Shown in pieces: positions 9,103-19,047 of a stretch of 64,000 bases of DNA. Made by a program: the position numbers and the translations under genes. How positions within the stretch are numbered: the first letter of the stretch is position 1; every line of letters starts with the position of its first letter. Source of the stretch: Acidobacteriota bacterium (lineage in GTDB: Bacteria; Acidobacteriota; UBA6911; RPQK01; JAJDTT01); NCBI GenBank assembly GCA_965209055.1, contig OZ242374.1, positions 5,056,001-5,120,000 on the forward strand, in the 5' to 3' direction. The notes below the pieces were generated by a model. That model ran no database searches, was not told the origin of the DNA, and worked only from the letters and a program-made list of their open reading frames with translations.

Positions 9103-9240
9103 GGGCGCTCCTCCTGATCACTCCGCGTACGGACGCCGTATACCTCGGTCGCAAGGAACGACTCGCATGAGGCGGGCCATGATGACACCGGGCGGCAGCC
9201 TCCGCCAGAGGGGGCGAACGACGGAAAGTCTCGCCGATGG

Positions 9241-9450
9241 CTACCGGACGTCCGAAATCCGGAACTTGACCGCCGCCGCATAAGGCCCGGCGAATTTGTC
9301 CGGTGGATTCACGAAGGGACCATGGCCCTGGCGAAGGTAGTCGGCCACCAGGATCTCGCCACCGTCGAGCCGAACGACGCTGGGGTAGCCGCAGTCGCCG
9401 TACAGATTCTCGGCAGCCAGGGTCAGGATGCCGGTCCTGGTCCCAGGTTC
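9241..9450 (-). pseudogene. C-terminal remnant of a sialidase/BNR-family protein
   Basis: Minus frame ILTLAAENLYGDCGYPSVVRLDGGEILVADY...* with an RTWD (Asp-box tail) in a different frame upstream; no start codon. Confidence 0.5.
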
Positions 9451-9939
9451 GGGCCCGGACCCGGCACCGGGGGCCGCACTGGCACGACAGCGAGGTCTCC
9501 CGCCCGATGCGGTTCGTCGAGTCTCTTACGGGGATTGCCGGCCGCGTGGCCCGGCAGATCCGGATCCTGTTGGAGAGCCTGGAGCACCGCCGCCGGTATC
9601 GCGCGCTGGCTCCGAGTTGGGTCGGTACCGGGAACTCCAGGAACCGGAAATTCGGGCCGAGTTCAGGAAGAGGAATCCAGCTTGCTCCGGGTCCGACCCC
9701 GGAGCAAGCCTCGGTTCGGCGCTTGCAGGCATCGGCCCGATCCCAGTGCCGGATTGGAGGCGCATCGGCCTCTGCGGGCTCCAATGATGGCGACTTGGGG
9801 CAAAATGAAACAGAAAAGTCACGGTATCACTAGAAAATAGTCTAATATTTTCACGATAAAATTACTCTTTTGGTCGGGTTCCTGATCCAATAGCTGACTG
9901 AATCGTTCATTCATCGATGCCTAGAGGAGGTGTAAGCGC

Positions 9940-12426
9940 TTGCCAAAAAGTTCCGGTCGCCGGAGGCGGCATAAGCACTCCGTCCGGATTGTCCTGCTCG
10001 CGCTGTTCGTCTTATGGGGGCCGATTGAAGGGCTGGCGCAATCTATTTGCGACCGCACCGCAGGCATCGTTGCCGCGATCCTGGCCGAGCTTCCGGAGGG
10101 CACAGCGTGCGGCGACGTAACGGCCCAGCAGCTTGCAGGGATCACCGAACTGGACGCTGAGAATCAAGGGATCGCCAGCTTGACAGAGGCCGATTTCGCG
10201 GGGCTAACCAGCCTCACGAGACTCGAGTTATCACACAACGACTTGACCGAATTGCCCGACGGTTTCTTCACGTGGCTCCCGCCCCTGGAGCGCTTCGCCA
10301 TTAGCCACAATCCGGAGACCGGCGGAAGGTTGCGCCGCTACTTCGAGGTTCTGAGGGCGGGCGAGGACACGCCGGACGGTACCCCGGTGCGCGTCCGCAT
10401 GAGGCAAGGCGCTTCCAAAGAGTTTTCGATGTCCCTGGTGGCGCGGGAGCGCGAGTACCCTGACGTACCGGTCCAAACGTCAGTCAATCGGAGGCGGAGG
10501 AATCCGGCAGACCCTGTGGTCACGGTCAGGCAGCGTGAAATCTACAGCGAAGTGGTCACCGTAAAACGCTCAGGTCCCGGCCAAAGCTCCATCATTCCGT
10601 TTGGTATTCAAGCAGATTACGACACCTGCGACCTTTCGACCTGTTGGGCTGGACTCTCTCTTGTCTACTACCCGCTGGATATAGGGACGGCGCCGCTGCC
10701 TCCTCCCGCAAATGCGTGGAGCCCATCCGACGACGACCTCCCGGGTTCCCAACTGCTGTTCATCGCCGACACGGGGACCAGCGCCCGAGACCAAGCGGGG
10801 ACCGGCATCCCGGACTCTCGAAGTGTCTCGGACCTGTTGGGGACGACGGAGGCCGCTCAGAAGAACTTCATCTCCGTTGCCAACACCAGCGAGCACCGGG
10901 CGGTGACGGTGCTGTTTCAATATCACAACGACGAGATGAAACGTGTTCTCTGGTACCTGCGGGTTCTGAGGGCCGGCGCCGCGGTCCTGGTCGATCCCTT
11001 CGATCACGAGATTCCAGGCACTGCTGACGGAGAGGGCGCCGGGGGGAGGGTGAACGTCAAGGATATCCTCTTCGACACGATCCCGGCTCTGAGTTCCGAA
11101 GAGGATGCCGGCTTCAATTCCGGGCGATTCGTGATTGCCGTCACGGCGGTGGGTGCAAACACGGTCGACGATCCCGACACCAGCGACAACGAAAGCAACA
11201 CGGCTGACACGGCGAACATCCTCTTCCCCACCTTCCTGGCCAAGGACCTGCACGGGGTGGACAACATCGACAATTGCGGGGAGATCAGGACGGCCGTCGG
11301 CGCCACCGACGAAGACAACAACCTCGAATACACCGGGCATGGCATTGACGGAGCCAATGATTGCTCCCAAGCGAGCGACGCTGCCGGTGCCGACGATACC
11401 TCCAGGAACGTCGGCGACTTGAGCATCCACAACTACCAGCCCCTGGCTTTCAACTGGTTGACCGGCCACCACACGGCGGCCCAGCTCCTTCCGGACCTGG
11501 GCGAGGGGATCGCCTGGGGCGTGAACGCCTTGACGCGTCCGGGCATTTCGACCTCCGGGTCGGCGGATGCGGTTACCACCCGGATCGATGTCCCCTATAC
11601 CGTCCTGGACGGCGCGGACGGTGCCCGGTTGGCCCCCAAGGTGCATGGGGGCGCCGAGGAGGTCAACGCAGCGACCGACGACGACAACCGAGCCGACGAC
11701 AGCGGCGCCGGGTCTCCCGTGGCCCAGGATCCGACGGCCTCGGAGAACAACCGGGTCGTCAACGGCGGGGCGCTTGTTTGGCCGGCCCTGTACCGGACCG
11801 TCCACCAGGAGCAGCGGGTCCGCTTCCTGTCCGTGGCGGATGATTTCGGCGACCCTGGCGAGTACCAACTCCTTGCCGCCAGGACTCTGTACAGGATCGC
11901 GCTCCACGATGCCATGGGAAATGTATTGTCGTTCCCCGAGACGGATCTCCCAGTGTTCGGTGGACTGCCCCTTCCCGAGCCTCCGCCGAGCCTCCATGTC
12001 CTGGTGGATGGGATCGGAGTCCTGCCCAATGCTTCTCCGGCGGATTGCATTGGGAATGCCCGGGTCGAAGGTTGGAGCTTGGCCGACCTGACGGACATCG
12101 TCCCCTCGGCGGCCGCCGGTGGGACCGGCTTTGCGGGTCTGGACGCCCCGGTCGATCCGGAGACGAACGCTTCATCGGGGTGGGTGAGATTCCACCGCGC
12201 CCAGGTCACATGCACCAGGGACTTTGGAGACGGAGACCCTTCCGACAGCGTGATTGAGATTCCCGATGGCGTTCCGACCCAGGACAAGAGATCGTTCATC
12301 GGCGGCACCGTGGTGGTGGAGAAGGAGACGGCGAACCGCACCTTCGTCACGGCGGGGCAAGTCGTCGTGAGATTCCTGACCCCGCACTCGGCCTTCGGGG
12401 CCTCCTGGTGGCTGGGCGAAGATTAG
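9940..12426 (+). CDS. Secreted protein with N-terminal leucine-rich repeats and a long acidic domain of unknown function
   Basis: Signal peptide, CDRT...C.DVT cap, LRRs (LTSLTRLELSHNDLTELPDGFF); AGGAGG RBS. Confidence 0.75.
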   Translation: MPKSSGRRRRHKHSVRIVLLALFVLWGPIEGLAQSICDRTAGIVAAILAELPEGTACGDVTAQQLAGITELDAENQGIASLTEADFAGLTSLTRLELSHNDLTELPDGFFTWLPPLERFAISHNPETGGRLRRYFEVLRAGEDTPDGTPVRVRMRQGASKEFSMSLVAREREYPDVPVQTSVNRRRRNPADPVVTVRQREIYSEVVTVKRSGPGQSSIIPFGIQADYDTCDLSTCWAGLSLVYYPLDIGTAPLPPPANAWSPSDDDLPGSQLLFIADTGTSARDQAGTGIPDSRSVSDLLGTTEAAQKNFISVANTSEHRAVTVLFQYHNDEMKRVLWYLRVLRAGAAVLVDPFDHEIPGTADGEGAGGRVNVKDILFDTIPALSSEEDAGFNSGRFVIAVTAVGANTVDDPDTSDNESNTADTANILFPTFLAKDLHGVDNIDNCGEIRTAVGATDEDNNLEYTGHGIDGANDCSQASDAAGADDTSRNVGDLSIHNYQPLAFNWLTGHHTAAQLLPDLGEGIAWGVNALTRPGISTSGSADAVTTRIDVPYTVLDGADGARLAPKVHGGAEEVNAATDDDNRADDSGAGSPVAQDPTASENNRVVNGGALVWPALYRTVHQEQRVRFLSVADDFGDPGEYQLLAARTLYRIALHDAMGNVLSFPETDLPVFGGLPLPEPPPSLHVLVDGIGVLPNASPADCIGNARVEGWSLADLTDIVPSAAAGGTGFAGLDAPVDPETNASSGWVRFHRAQVTCTRDFGDGDPSDSVIEIPDGVPTQDKRSFIGGTVVVEKETANRTFVTAGQVVVRFLTPHSAFGASWWLGED

Positions 12427-12451
12427 GTATGCAAAATTCGGGAACCAGGCT

Positions 12452-15400
12452 CTAGCCTGGAGCATCCTGGCCAACAGGATCCAGGGACGCGGACGGGTCG
12501 CTGGCTTGCCAGCTCCGCTTCAGCCACATGGTCAAGTCGTCGAAGAGGGTGTAGTAGGTGGGCAGCACCAGCAGCGTCAGCACCGTGGAGGCGATGAGTC
12601 CGCCCATGACGGTGCGGGCCATGGGAAAGTAACGCAGGTCGAAAAAGCTGCTGTAGCTGTAGGCCAGCGGAATCAGGCCCACGACCGTGGTGGTCGCCGT
12701 CATCACGATGGGCCGGAACCGATCGCGGCAACCTTGCAGAATCGCGCGGCGGCGGTCGATCCCGCGGCGCCGAAGGGTGTTGATGCGGTCGATGAGGACG
12801 ATGCCGTTGTTCACCACGATTCCGATGAGCACCAGGAGGCCGATCTTGGCCATTATGTTGAAGGGCGTGCCGGTGATGAGCAGAAAGCCGGCGATTCCCA
12901 CCACCGAAAAGGGCAGCGACAGCATGATGGCCAACGGATGGGTCAGGGATTCGAATAGCGAGGCCATGACGAAATAGACCATGAAGAGCGCCAGCAGGAT
13001 GTTGAAGATCCACTCCTGATCCGATTGCTGGTTCCGCCGGGTCCAGAAGCCCAGCGACCACCCGTAGCCCACCGGATAGTCCAAGCCGTCCATGACCTCC
13101 GTCATCTGCCGGATGCCCTCGTCCTTCTTGTCTCCGGAATAGGTGGCGAAGAAGTTGGCATAGGTCTGCCGGTCCTCCCGCTGGACCTGAGCCGCAACCT
13201 TCTCGATCCGAAGCTCGGCGACCTGAGACAGGAGGATCTCCTCGCCGTCGTCTCCGTATCCCACCACGGCCGAGCGCAGGTCTTCCAGCCCGCTCCGGTC
13301 CTCCGGCCGGAGCCGGACGATGACGTCCACCTCCCCTTCCGACGTGCGGAAGCCCCGAACCTGTCGGCCTCGCATCAGAATCCCCAGGATCTGGGAGACG
13401 GATTGAGTGGAAACGCCGTAGCGCCGGGCCAGGTCCCGGCGCAGGCGGACCTGAACCTCCTCGCGAGTGCTGTCCCGGGGCGAGGACACCTGGGAAAAGT
13501 CCGGATTTTCCCGCAGGCGGGTCCGGGCCTCGCGCAGCAGTCTCTCCAGGACTCGAGGATCATCGCCGTAGAGGCTCACGTTGATCCCTTCCCGGTTCTG
13601 CCTTCCGCTCTGGCCGGACAACTCGATCCGGCAACCCGGGATCACCGGGAGACCGTCCGAGATCTCCAGGCGGATCTCCTCCATCTCTTCCAGGCTGACC
13701 TCGTCATCGTGAAGATAGATTTCGGTCGAGGCATTGTTGTTGGAGAAGGAGCTGAAGACCTGGTCGATCTTGAAGGCTTCCTTGTTCTCCGCCAGGAAGG
13801 ATTCCACCGGATCGACGTAGTCCCTTTCGATCTTGGCGTAGTGATAGTTCTCGGTGAATTCGTAACTGATCCGGAGGCTGCCCGGCTCCTGGGCGTCCGG
13901 AGCGTTGTCGGGGACCACGTTCAGAAGCAGCCAGGTCGAACCGGCGACCGCCAGTGGAACCATCAGGAAACCCACCAGGAAGCGATGCCTCAGGGGCCAG
14001 GCCACCAGTTTCAGGTAGTAATCCATGATCCGCCGGCGGCCCGGCTTCCGTCCGTGCCCGGCGTCAGGGACGTCGCCTCCTCCGGCGGGGGTCGGTGCGG
14101 CGCCGGCGGCACGAGCCACGTCCAGCTTCAGAAAGCGTCCCATGGCCAAGGGGATCAGGGTCAACGAGAGGAACAGGGAACAGAGGAGCGCGAAGATGAT
14201 GGCCAGACCGCAGTGGCGAAGCCAGAAACTGAGAAAGCTCTCGGCGCCGAAGACCAGGGGGACGAAAATAATGATGGAGGTGAGGGTGGCCGCGATCACC
14301 GCCATCTGCACCTCCTGGGTGCCCTGTTTGACCGCCTGCAGGCGGTCTGCCCCTTGCTCCAGGTTCCGGTAGATCGATTCCAACACGACGATGGCGTTGT
14401 CCACCAACATTCCCGTCGCCAGCATCAACCCCATCATGGAGAGGACGTTCAGGCTCAGGCCGCCGAAGTAGAGGAACCCGAGGCTTCCGACCAGAGAGAG
14501 GGGGATGGCCAGGGCAACCACCAGGGCCGCGCTCCACTTGCGAAGGAAGAGGACCAGGACCCCCAGAGCCAGGAGCGCGCCGACGGTGCCGGCGGTGAGG
14601 AGTCCCTTCAGGGCCTTGACGATCTCCGCGCCGGCGTTGCGGATGACGTCCAGTTGGATTCCCTCGAGCGCGGGGTCCGACCTGATCGTTTCCAGTTCCG
14701 CCTCAACGCCCCGCACCGTCGTCACGGTGTTGGCTTCGGCCGCCTTGCGGACCCAGAGACCCACTGCGTACTCGCCGTTGAGGTGCTGGCTGGCATGGGC
14801 CGCGGGACTCTCGTAAACCACGTTGGCGACGTTTTCCAGCAGCAGACCCCGCTCGTTCACGGGAAAACGCTTGAAGTCTTCCATGGATCGGAACATGCCC
14901 CGGGTCATGGCGCCGTAGCGGACTCCGCCGTCCGTGAACCGGCCCAGGGAACGGTCCAGGTTGATGTCGGAAAGGCTCCGGAAAAGCCGGCCCGCATCCA
15001 CCCGGTACCTTCGGAGCTCATCGAGACTCAGATACACGGCGATCTCGGGCCTCTGGGTTCCGAAGAGTTCGACCTCGGCCACTCCCGGGACCCGCTCGAT
15101 CCGTCTCTTGATCTTCAGGTCCAGGAACTCGTAGGCGGTCTGCAAGTTCCTCTCGGACGCGACCCGCAGTCCCAAAATGGGCGCATCGTCGGTACTGAAG
15201 TTCACCACGTCGATCCGCTCAACGTCTTCCGGCAGTTCACTGCGGATCCGCTCGACCCTCTCCCTCACTTCCCCGCGCAGCCGCTGGACATCCATCTCAA
15301 AATCGAAAAAGGTCTGCACCCCGGACCTGCCGCTGCTGGAGAAAGACTGCATCCACTGGATTCCGGGGACCGTGCTCACGGCCTCTTCCACCGGTTTGGT

Positions 15401-15646
15401 GATGGTCTGCAGAACATGGGCCGGAGTGGCGTTGGGATAGGGAACCTGCACCATCACGAAGGGCAGGTCCAGGTCGGGAAACAGCACCAGGGGGATCTTG
15501 AACAGGGAGACCACGCCGACCAGGAGCAGCAGGGAGAAGACGGCGCAGATGGTCACCGGATAGCGGACGGAGAAGCCGGCCAGCGCCGAGGACCTGGGGC
15601 TTCCGGTGGGAGTCGATGAGGAATTCGGTTGCCGCTTACCCCGCAT
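12452..15646 (-). CDS. RND efflux permease, AcrB/AcrD/AcrF family
   Basis: GMLVDNAIVVLE, GIVVNNGIVLID, RFRPIVMT. Confidence 0.93.
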   Translation of the reverse strand: MRGKRQPNSSSTPTGSPRSSALAGFSVRYPVTICAVFSLLLLVGVVSLFKIPLVLFPDLDLPFVMVQVPYPNATPAHVLQTITKPVEEAVSTVPGIQWMQSFSSSGRSGVQTFFDFEMDVQRLRGEVRERVERIRSELPEDVERIDVVNFSTDDAPILGLRVASERNLQTAYEFLDLKIKRRIERVPGVAEVELFGTQRPEIAVYLSLDELRRYRVDAGRLFRSLSDINLDRSLGRFTDGGVRYGAMTRGMFRSMEDFKRFPVNERGLLLENVANVVYESPAAHASQHLNGEYAVGLWVRKAAEANTVTTVRGVEAELETIRSDPALEGIQLDVIRNAGAEIVKALKGLLTAGTVGALLALGVLVLFLRKWSAALVVALAIPLSLVGSLGFLYFGGLSLNVLSMMGLMLATGMLVDNAIVVLESIYRNLEQGADRLQAVKQGTQEVQMAVIAATLTSIIIFVPLVFGAESFLSFWLRHCGLAIIFALLCSLFLSLTLIPLAMGRFLKLDVARAAGAAPTPAGGGDVPDAGHGRKPGRRRIMDYYLKLVAWPLRHRFLVGFLMVPLAVAGSTWLLLNVVPDNAPDAQEPGSLRISYEFTENYHYAKIERDYVDPVESFLAENKEAFKIDQVFSSFSNNNASTEIYLHDDEVSLEEMEEIRLEISDGLPVIPGCRIELSGQSGRQNREGINVSLYGDDPRVLERLLREARTRLRENPDFSQVSSPRDSTREEVQVRLRRDLARRYGVSTQSVSQILGILMRGRQVRGFRTSEGEVDVIVRLRPEDRSGLEDLRSAVVGYGDDGEEILLSQVAELRIEKVAAQVQREDRQTYANFFATYSGDKKDEGIRQMTEVMDGLDYPVGYGWSLGFWTRRNQQSDQEWIFNILLALFMVYFVMASLFESLTHPLAIMLSLPFSVVGIAGFLLITGTPFNIMAKIGLLVLIGIVVNNGIVLIDRINTLRRRGIDRRRAILQGCRDRFRPIVMTATTTVVGLIPLAYSYSSFFDLRYFPMARTVMGGLIASTVLTLLVLPTYYTLFDDLTMWLKRSWQASDPSASLDPVGQDAPG

Positions 15647-18600
15647 GGCTTGAAGTCTCCGCTCTACGGTCCAGCCCCTCGTAGAGCACCGGCACCAGGA
15701 TCAACGTCAGGAGGGTGGCGAAAAGCAATCCGCCCATCACGGTAATGGCCATGGGGGTTCGCACCTCCGAGCCCTCGCCCCAGCCCAGGGCCATGGGAAG
15801 CAGTCCCAGGACCGTGGTCAAGGTGGTCATGAGGATGGGCCGCAATCGCACCTGCCCCGCCTCGATCAGCGCCTCGCGCCGGCTCAATCCCCGGTGGCGG
15901 AGCTGATTGGTGTAGTCGATCAGGACGATTCCGTTGTTGACCACGATCCCGACCAGGATGATCACGCCCAGCAGAACCATGACACTGACGGTGGAGCCGG
16001 TCACGAATAGCGCGGCCACCACCCCCACCAGGGCCACCGGAACCGTGAACAGGATGACGAAAGGGTGGACCAGGGACTCGAATTGCGATGCCATTACCAG
16101 ATAGACCAGGAGCACGGCCAGAGCCAGGGCGAAGAGCAGGCTGCTCCGGGAACGGTCGTACTCGCGGTGTTGCCCGCCCAGCGCCACCACTGAGTCGGGC
16201 GGCAATTCCCGGGACATCCCGGAGAGCTGAGCCTCGATCTTTTGGGAGACGGTGCCCAGATCCGCTCCCGCCAGGTTGGCCGACACCACGGCCGCGCGCT
16301 GGGAACCGACACGGCGGATCTCACCGGGTCCCCGCGAGAGCTGAACCCGGGCCACGGACCCCAACCGGATCGGCACCTGGGAATCTTCTTCCCCGGCCTC
16401 GGAACCCATCTCCGTCCGGCCCGGATTCGATCCGGACGCCGCGCCGCCTTCACCGGAGCGCTCGCCGAACGCACGGGACCGGGCGCCATCCTGGGCGCCA
16501 CTCCGGTTTCCATCGGCGCCGGTGCGTTCCTGCCGGGTATTGATGACAAGGTCGCGAATATCCTGAATGGCGTCCCGGTCCGATTCGGCCGCCTGGACCA
16601 GAATATCGAGCTGCCTCTCCTGGTCCCGGTAGCGGGAGGCGACGTCGCCGCGGATCTTGCTCCTCACGATCTCGGCCGCCTGACCCTCGTCCAGACCCAG
16701 GCGAGCCAATTGCTCCCGCCGAAAACTGATCTGGACCTCCGGATTCCCCAATCGGGTCGAACTCTGAACATCGGCGACGCCGTCGATCCCGGAAAGCCGA
16801 TCCATCACCTTCTCGGCGACGCTCCGCTGCGCCGCCAGGTCGTAGCTGTAGATCTCCACCTCCACCGGCTCTCTGAAGCTGAACAGGGTGGGACGGCCAA
16901 ACAGGTGGGTGAGTCCCGGATATTGTCCCAGCAGGCTTCTGGTCCGGCCGATCACCCTCTCCTCGCCCGCTTTGTCGCGGCCGTCCTTCATGGAGACGTG
17001 AATCCAGCCCCGGTGCTCTTCGAGCGGACCCGTGGCGAACTGGTCATCGGCCCCTCCTCCCACGCTGGAGGAGACGGTGGCCACGCCGTCCAGATCCAAC
17101 ACCCGGCTCTCGACTTCCCGGATGATCCGATCGGTCTCTTCCAGGGGTTTCCCTTGGGGAAGCTGGATCTCGAAGGAGAACTTTCCCTGAACCAGGGACG
17201 GAATCAACTCGGCTCCGAGGAACTGGGCCAGTCCGGCGCTGCCGGCCACAAGGCCCAAGGTGAGAGTCAATACGCTCCCCTTGTGGTCGAGAGCCCAGGC
17301 CAGGAGGCGGGGATAGATTCTCCGCAGAGACTCGAAGCCGGAATCGACCCGTCCCAGCAACGGGTTCAAGAGTCTCAACAGGCCTCTTCCCAGAGTCCTG
17401 AGCAGTCGCCGCAGGTCGCCGACGACGACGAGAACCAGATCCACGGTGAGGAACTTCAAGACCCGCGCCCCCCCGCGTCCCGCGGCTCGCACCAGGCGCG
17501 ACAGCCGGCCATCCTCTCCGCCTGCGGCGGGGGCCTGCCCGTTTCCGGACCGGCGGACCGGCTCCACCGAAATCCTTCGCCGGGACAGGACCATGGGAAT
17601 GACGGTGAGGGCGACGGCCAGGGAGGCGAGCAGGGCGTAGGTGATGGTCAGGGCCTGATCCTTGAAGAGCTGGCCGGCGATTCCCTCCACGAAGATCATG
17701 GGGAGAAAGACGGCCACCGTGGTCAGCGTCGACGCCGCCACCGCCTTCCCGACCTCACGGGTGCCCTGGTAGACGGCCTCCGCCAGATCCGCATTCCGCC
17801 GGCGATGGCGGTGGATCGATTCCAACACCACGATGGAGTTGTCCACCAGCATCCCGACGCCCAGAGCCACGCCGCCCAGCGACATGATGTTCAGGGTCAC
17901 GCCGGTCTGGTGCATCAGGGTGAACGTGGCCATGACGGAAATGGGGATGGAGAGTCCGATGGTGGCGGTGCTGCGAAGGTCCCGGAGGAAGACGAACAGG
18001 ACGAACGTGGCCAGCAAACCTCCCAGGAGGGCCGCGGCGGCGACGTTCCGAATCGCCAGATTGATGAACTGCGCCTGGTCGTAGACGATCTCGTGGGTCA
18101 ACTCGCCGGGATAGGTCTTCTGCTCCTTGAGCTGCTCCAGACGTTCTCTCACCGCTTCGGAAACCGCCACCGCGTTGGCGTCGCCTTCCTTGTAGACGCG
18201 CAGTTCCACGCTCTCCCGGCCGTTGAAGCGGGAGATGACGTCCCGCTCCTTGGTCCCCCGCCAGACTCTGGCCACGTCTCCCAGAACCACCCGGCGTCCG
18301 TCCAGATCCCGAATGATGAGATTCCGGATCTCCTCCACCGATTGGAATTCGTTGAGCACCCGGACCAGGTAGTTGGCGTCCAGGTCATACAGGCTCCCGC
18401 TGGCCTGATTGAGGTTCGCCTCGCGAATCACGCTGCTGACCTCGCTGACCGGAATGTTCAGCTCCGCCAGCCGTTTCTCCTCGATCTCGATCCGGATCTG
18501 CTCCTCCCGGCCGCCCGCCACTTTGACCGCCGCCACGCCCGAGGTCGATTCCAGCCCCTGCTTCACTTTGCGCTCGGCCAGGTCCCGGATGCGGCTGAGG

Positions 18601-19037
18601 GGGGCATCTCCATACAGATGAAGCCTCATGACCGGGTCATAGGCGGGATCGAAGCGCAGAATCACCGGTTTCTCCGCTTCGATGGGGAGGTTGGCCAGAT
18701 CCAGCTTCTCCCTCACGTCCATGACCGCCAGGTCCATGTCCGTGTCCCAGCCGAACTCCAGGATGACTTCCGACTGGCCCGGGCGGGATATCGAGCTGAT
18801 GCGGGAGAGGCCGGGAACCACCCCGACGTTCTCCTCCACGGGACGGGTCACCAGCGCCTCGACCTCTTCCGGAGCCGCGTCTTCGAATTCCGTCTGTATC
18901 GTCAGGGAGGGATAGGAGATGTCGGGCAGGAGATCCAGCGAGAGCCGGTCCACCGAAACCGCCCCGAAGAGGCAGACCGCCACCACGAACATGGAGACGG
19001 TGACCGGGCGGCGGATCGCGGTCCTGACGGTTCTCAT
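15636..19037 (-). CDS. RND efflux permease, AcrB/AcrD/AcrF family
   Basis: GMLVDNSIVVLE, QFESL.HP, RLRPILMT. Confidence 0.93.
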   Translation of the reverse strand: MRTVRTAIRRPVTVSMFVVAVCLFGAVSVDRLSLDLLPDISYPSLTIQTEFEDAAPEEVEALVTRPVEENVGVVPGLSRISSISRPGQSEVILEFGWDTDMDLAVMDVREKLDLANLPIEAEKPVILRFDPAYDPVMRLHLYGDAPLSRIRDLAERKVKQGLESTSGVAAVKVAGGREEQIRIEIEEKRLAELNIPVSEVSSVIREANLNQASGSLYDLDANYLVRVLNEFQSVEEIRNLIIRDLDGRRVVLGDVARVWRGTKERDVISRFNGRESVELRVYKEGDANAVAVSEAVRERLEQLKEQKTYPGELTHEIVYDQAQFINLAIRNVAAAALLGGLLATFVLFVFLRDLRSTATIGLSIPISVMATFTLMHQTGVTLNIMSLGGVALGVGMLVDNSIVVLESIHRHRRRNADLAEAVYQGTREVGKAVAASTLTTVAVFLPMIFVEGIAGQLFKDQALTITYALLASLAVALTVIPMVLSRRRISVEPVRRSGNGQAPAAGGEDGRLSRLVRAAGRGGARVLKFLTVDLVLVVVGDLRRLLRTLGRGLLRLLNPLLGRVDSGFESLRRIYPRLLAWALDHKGSVLTLTLGLVAGSAGLAQFLGAELIPSLVQGKFSFEIQLPQGKPLEETDRIIREVESRVLDLDGVATVSSSVGGGADDQFATGPLEEHRGWIHVSMKDGRDKAGEERVIGRTRSLLGQYPGLTHLFGRPTLFSFREPVEVEIYSYDLAAQRSVAEKVMDRLSGIDGVADVQSSTRLGNPEVQISFRREQLARLGLDEGQAAEIVRSKIRGDVASRYRDQERQLDILVQAAESDRDAIQDIRDLVINTRQERTGADGNRSGAQDGARSRAFGERSGEGGAASGSNPGRTEMGSEAGEEDSQVPIRLGSVARVQLSRGPGEIRRVGSQRAAVVSANLAGADLGTVSQKIEAQLSGMSRELPPDSVVALGGQHREYDRSRSSLLFALALAVLLVYLVMASQFESLVHPFVILFTVPVALVGVVAALFVTGSTVSVMVLLGVIILVGIVVNNGIVLIDYTNQLRHRGLSRREALIEAGQVRLRPILMTTLTTVLGLLPMALGWGEGSEVRTPMAITVMGGLLFATLLTLILVPVLYEGLDRRAETSSHAG

Positions 19038-19047
19038 GGGCTGGCGG

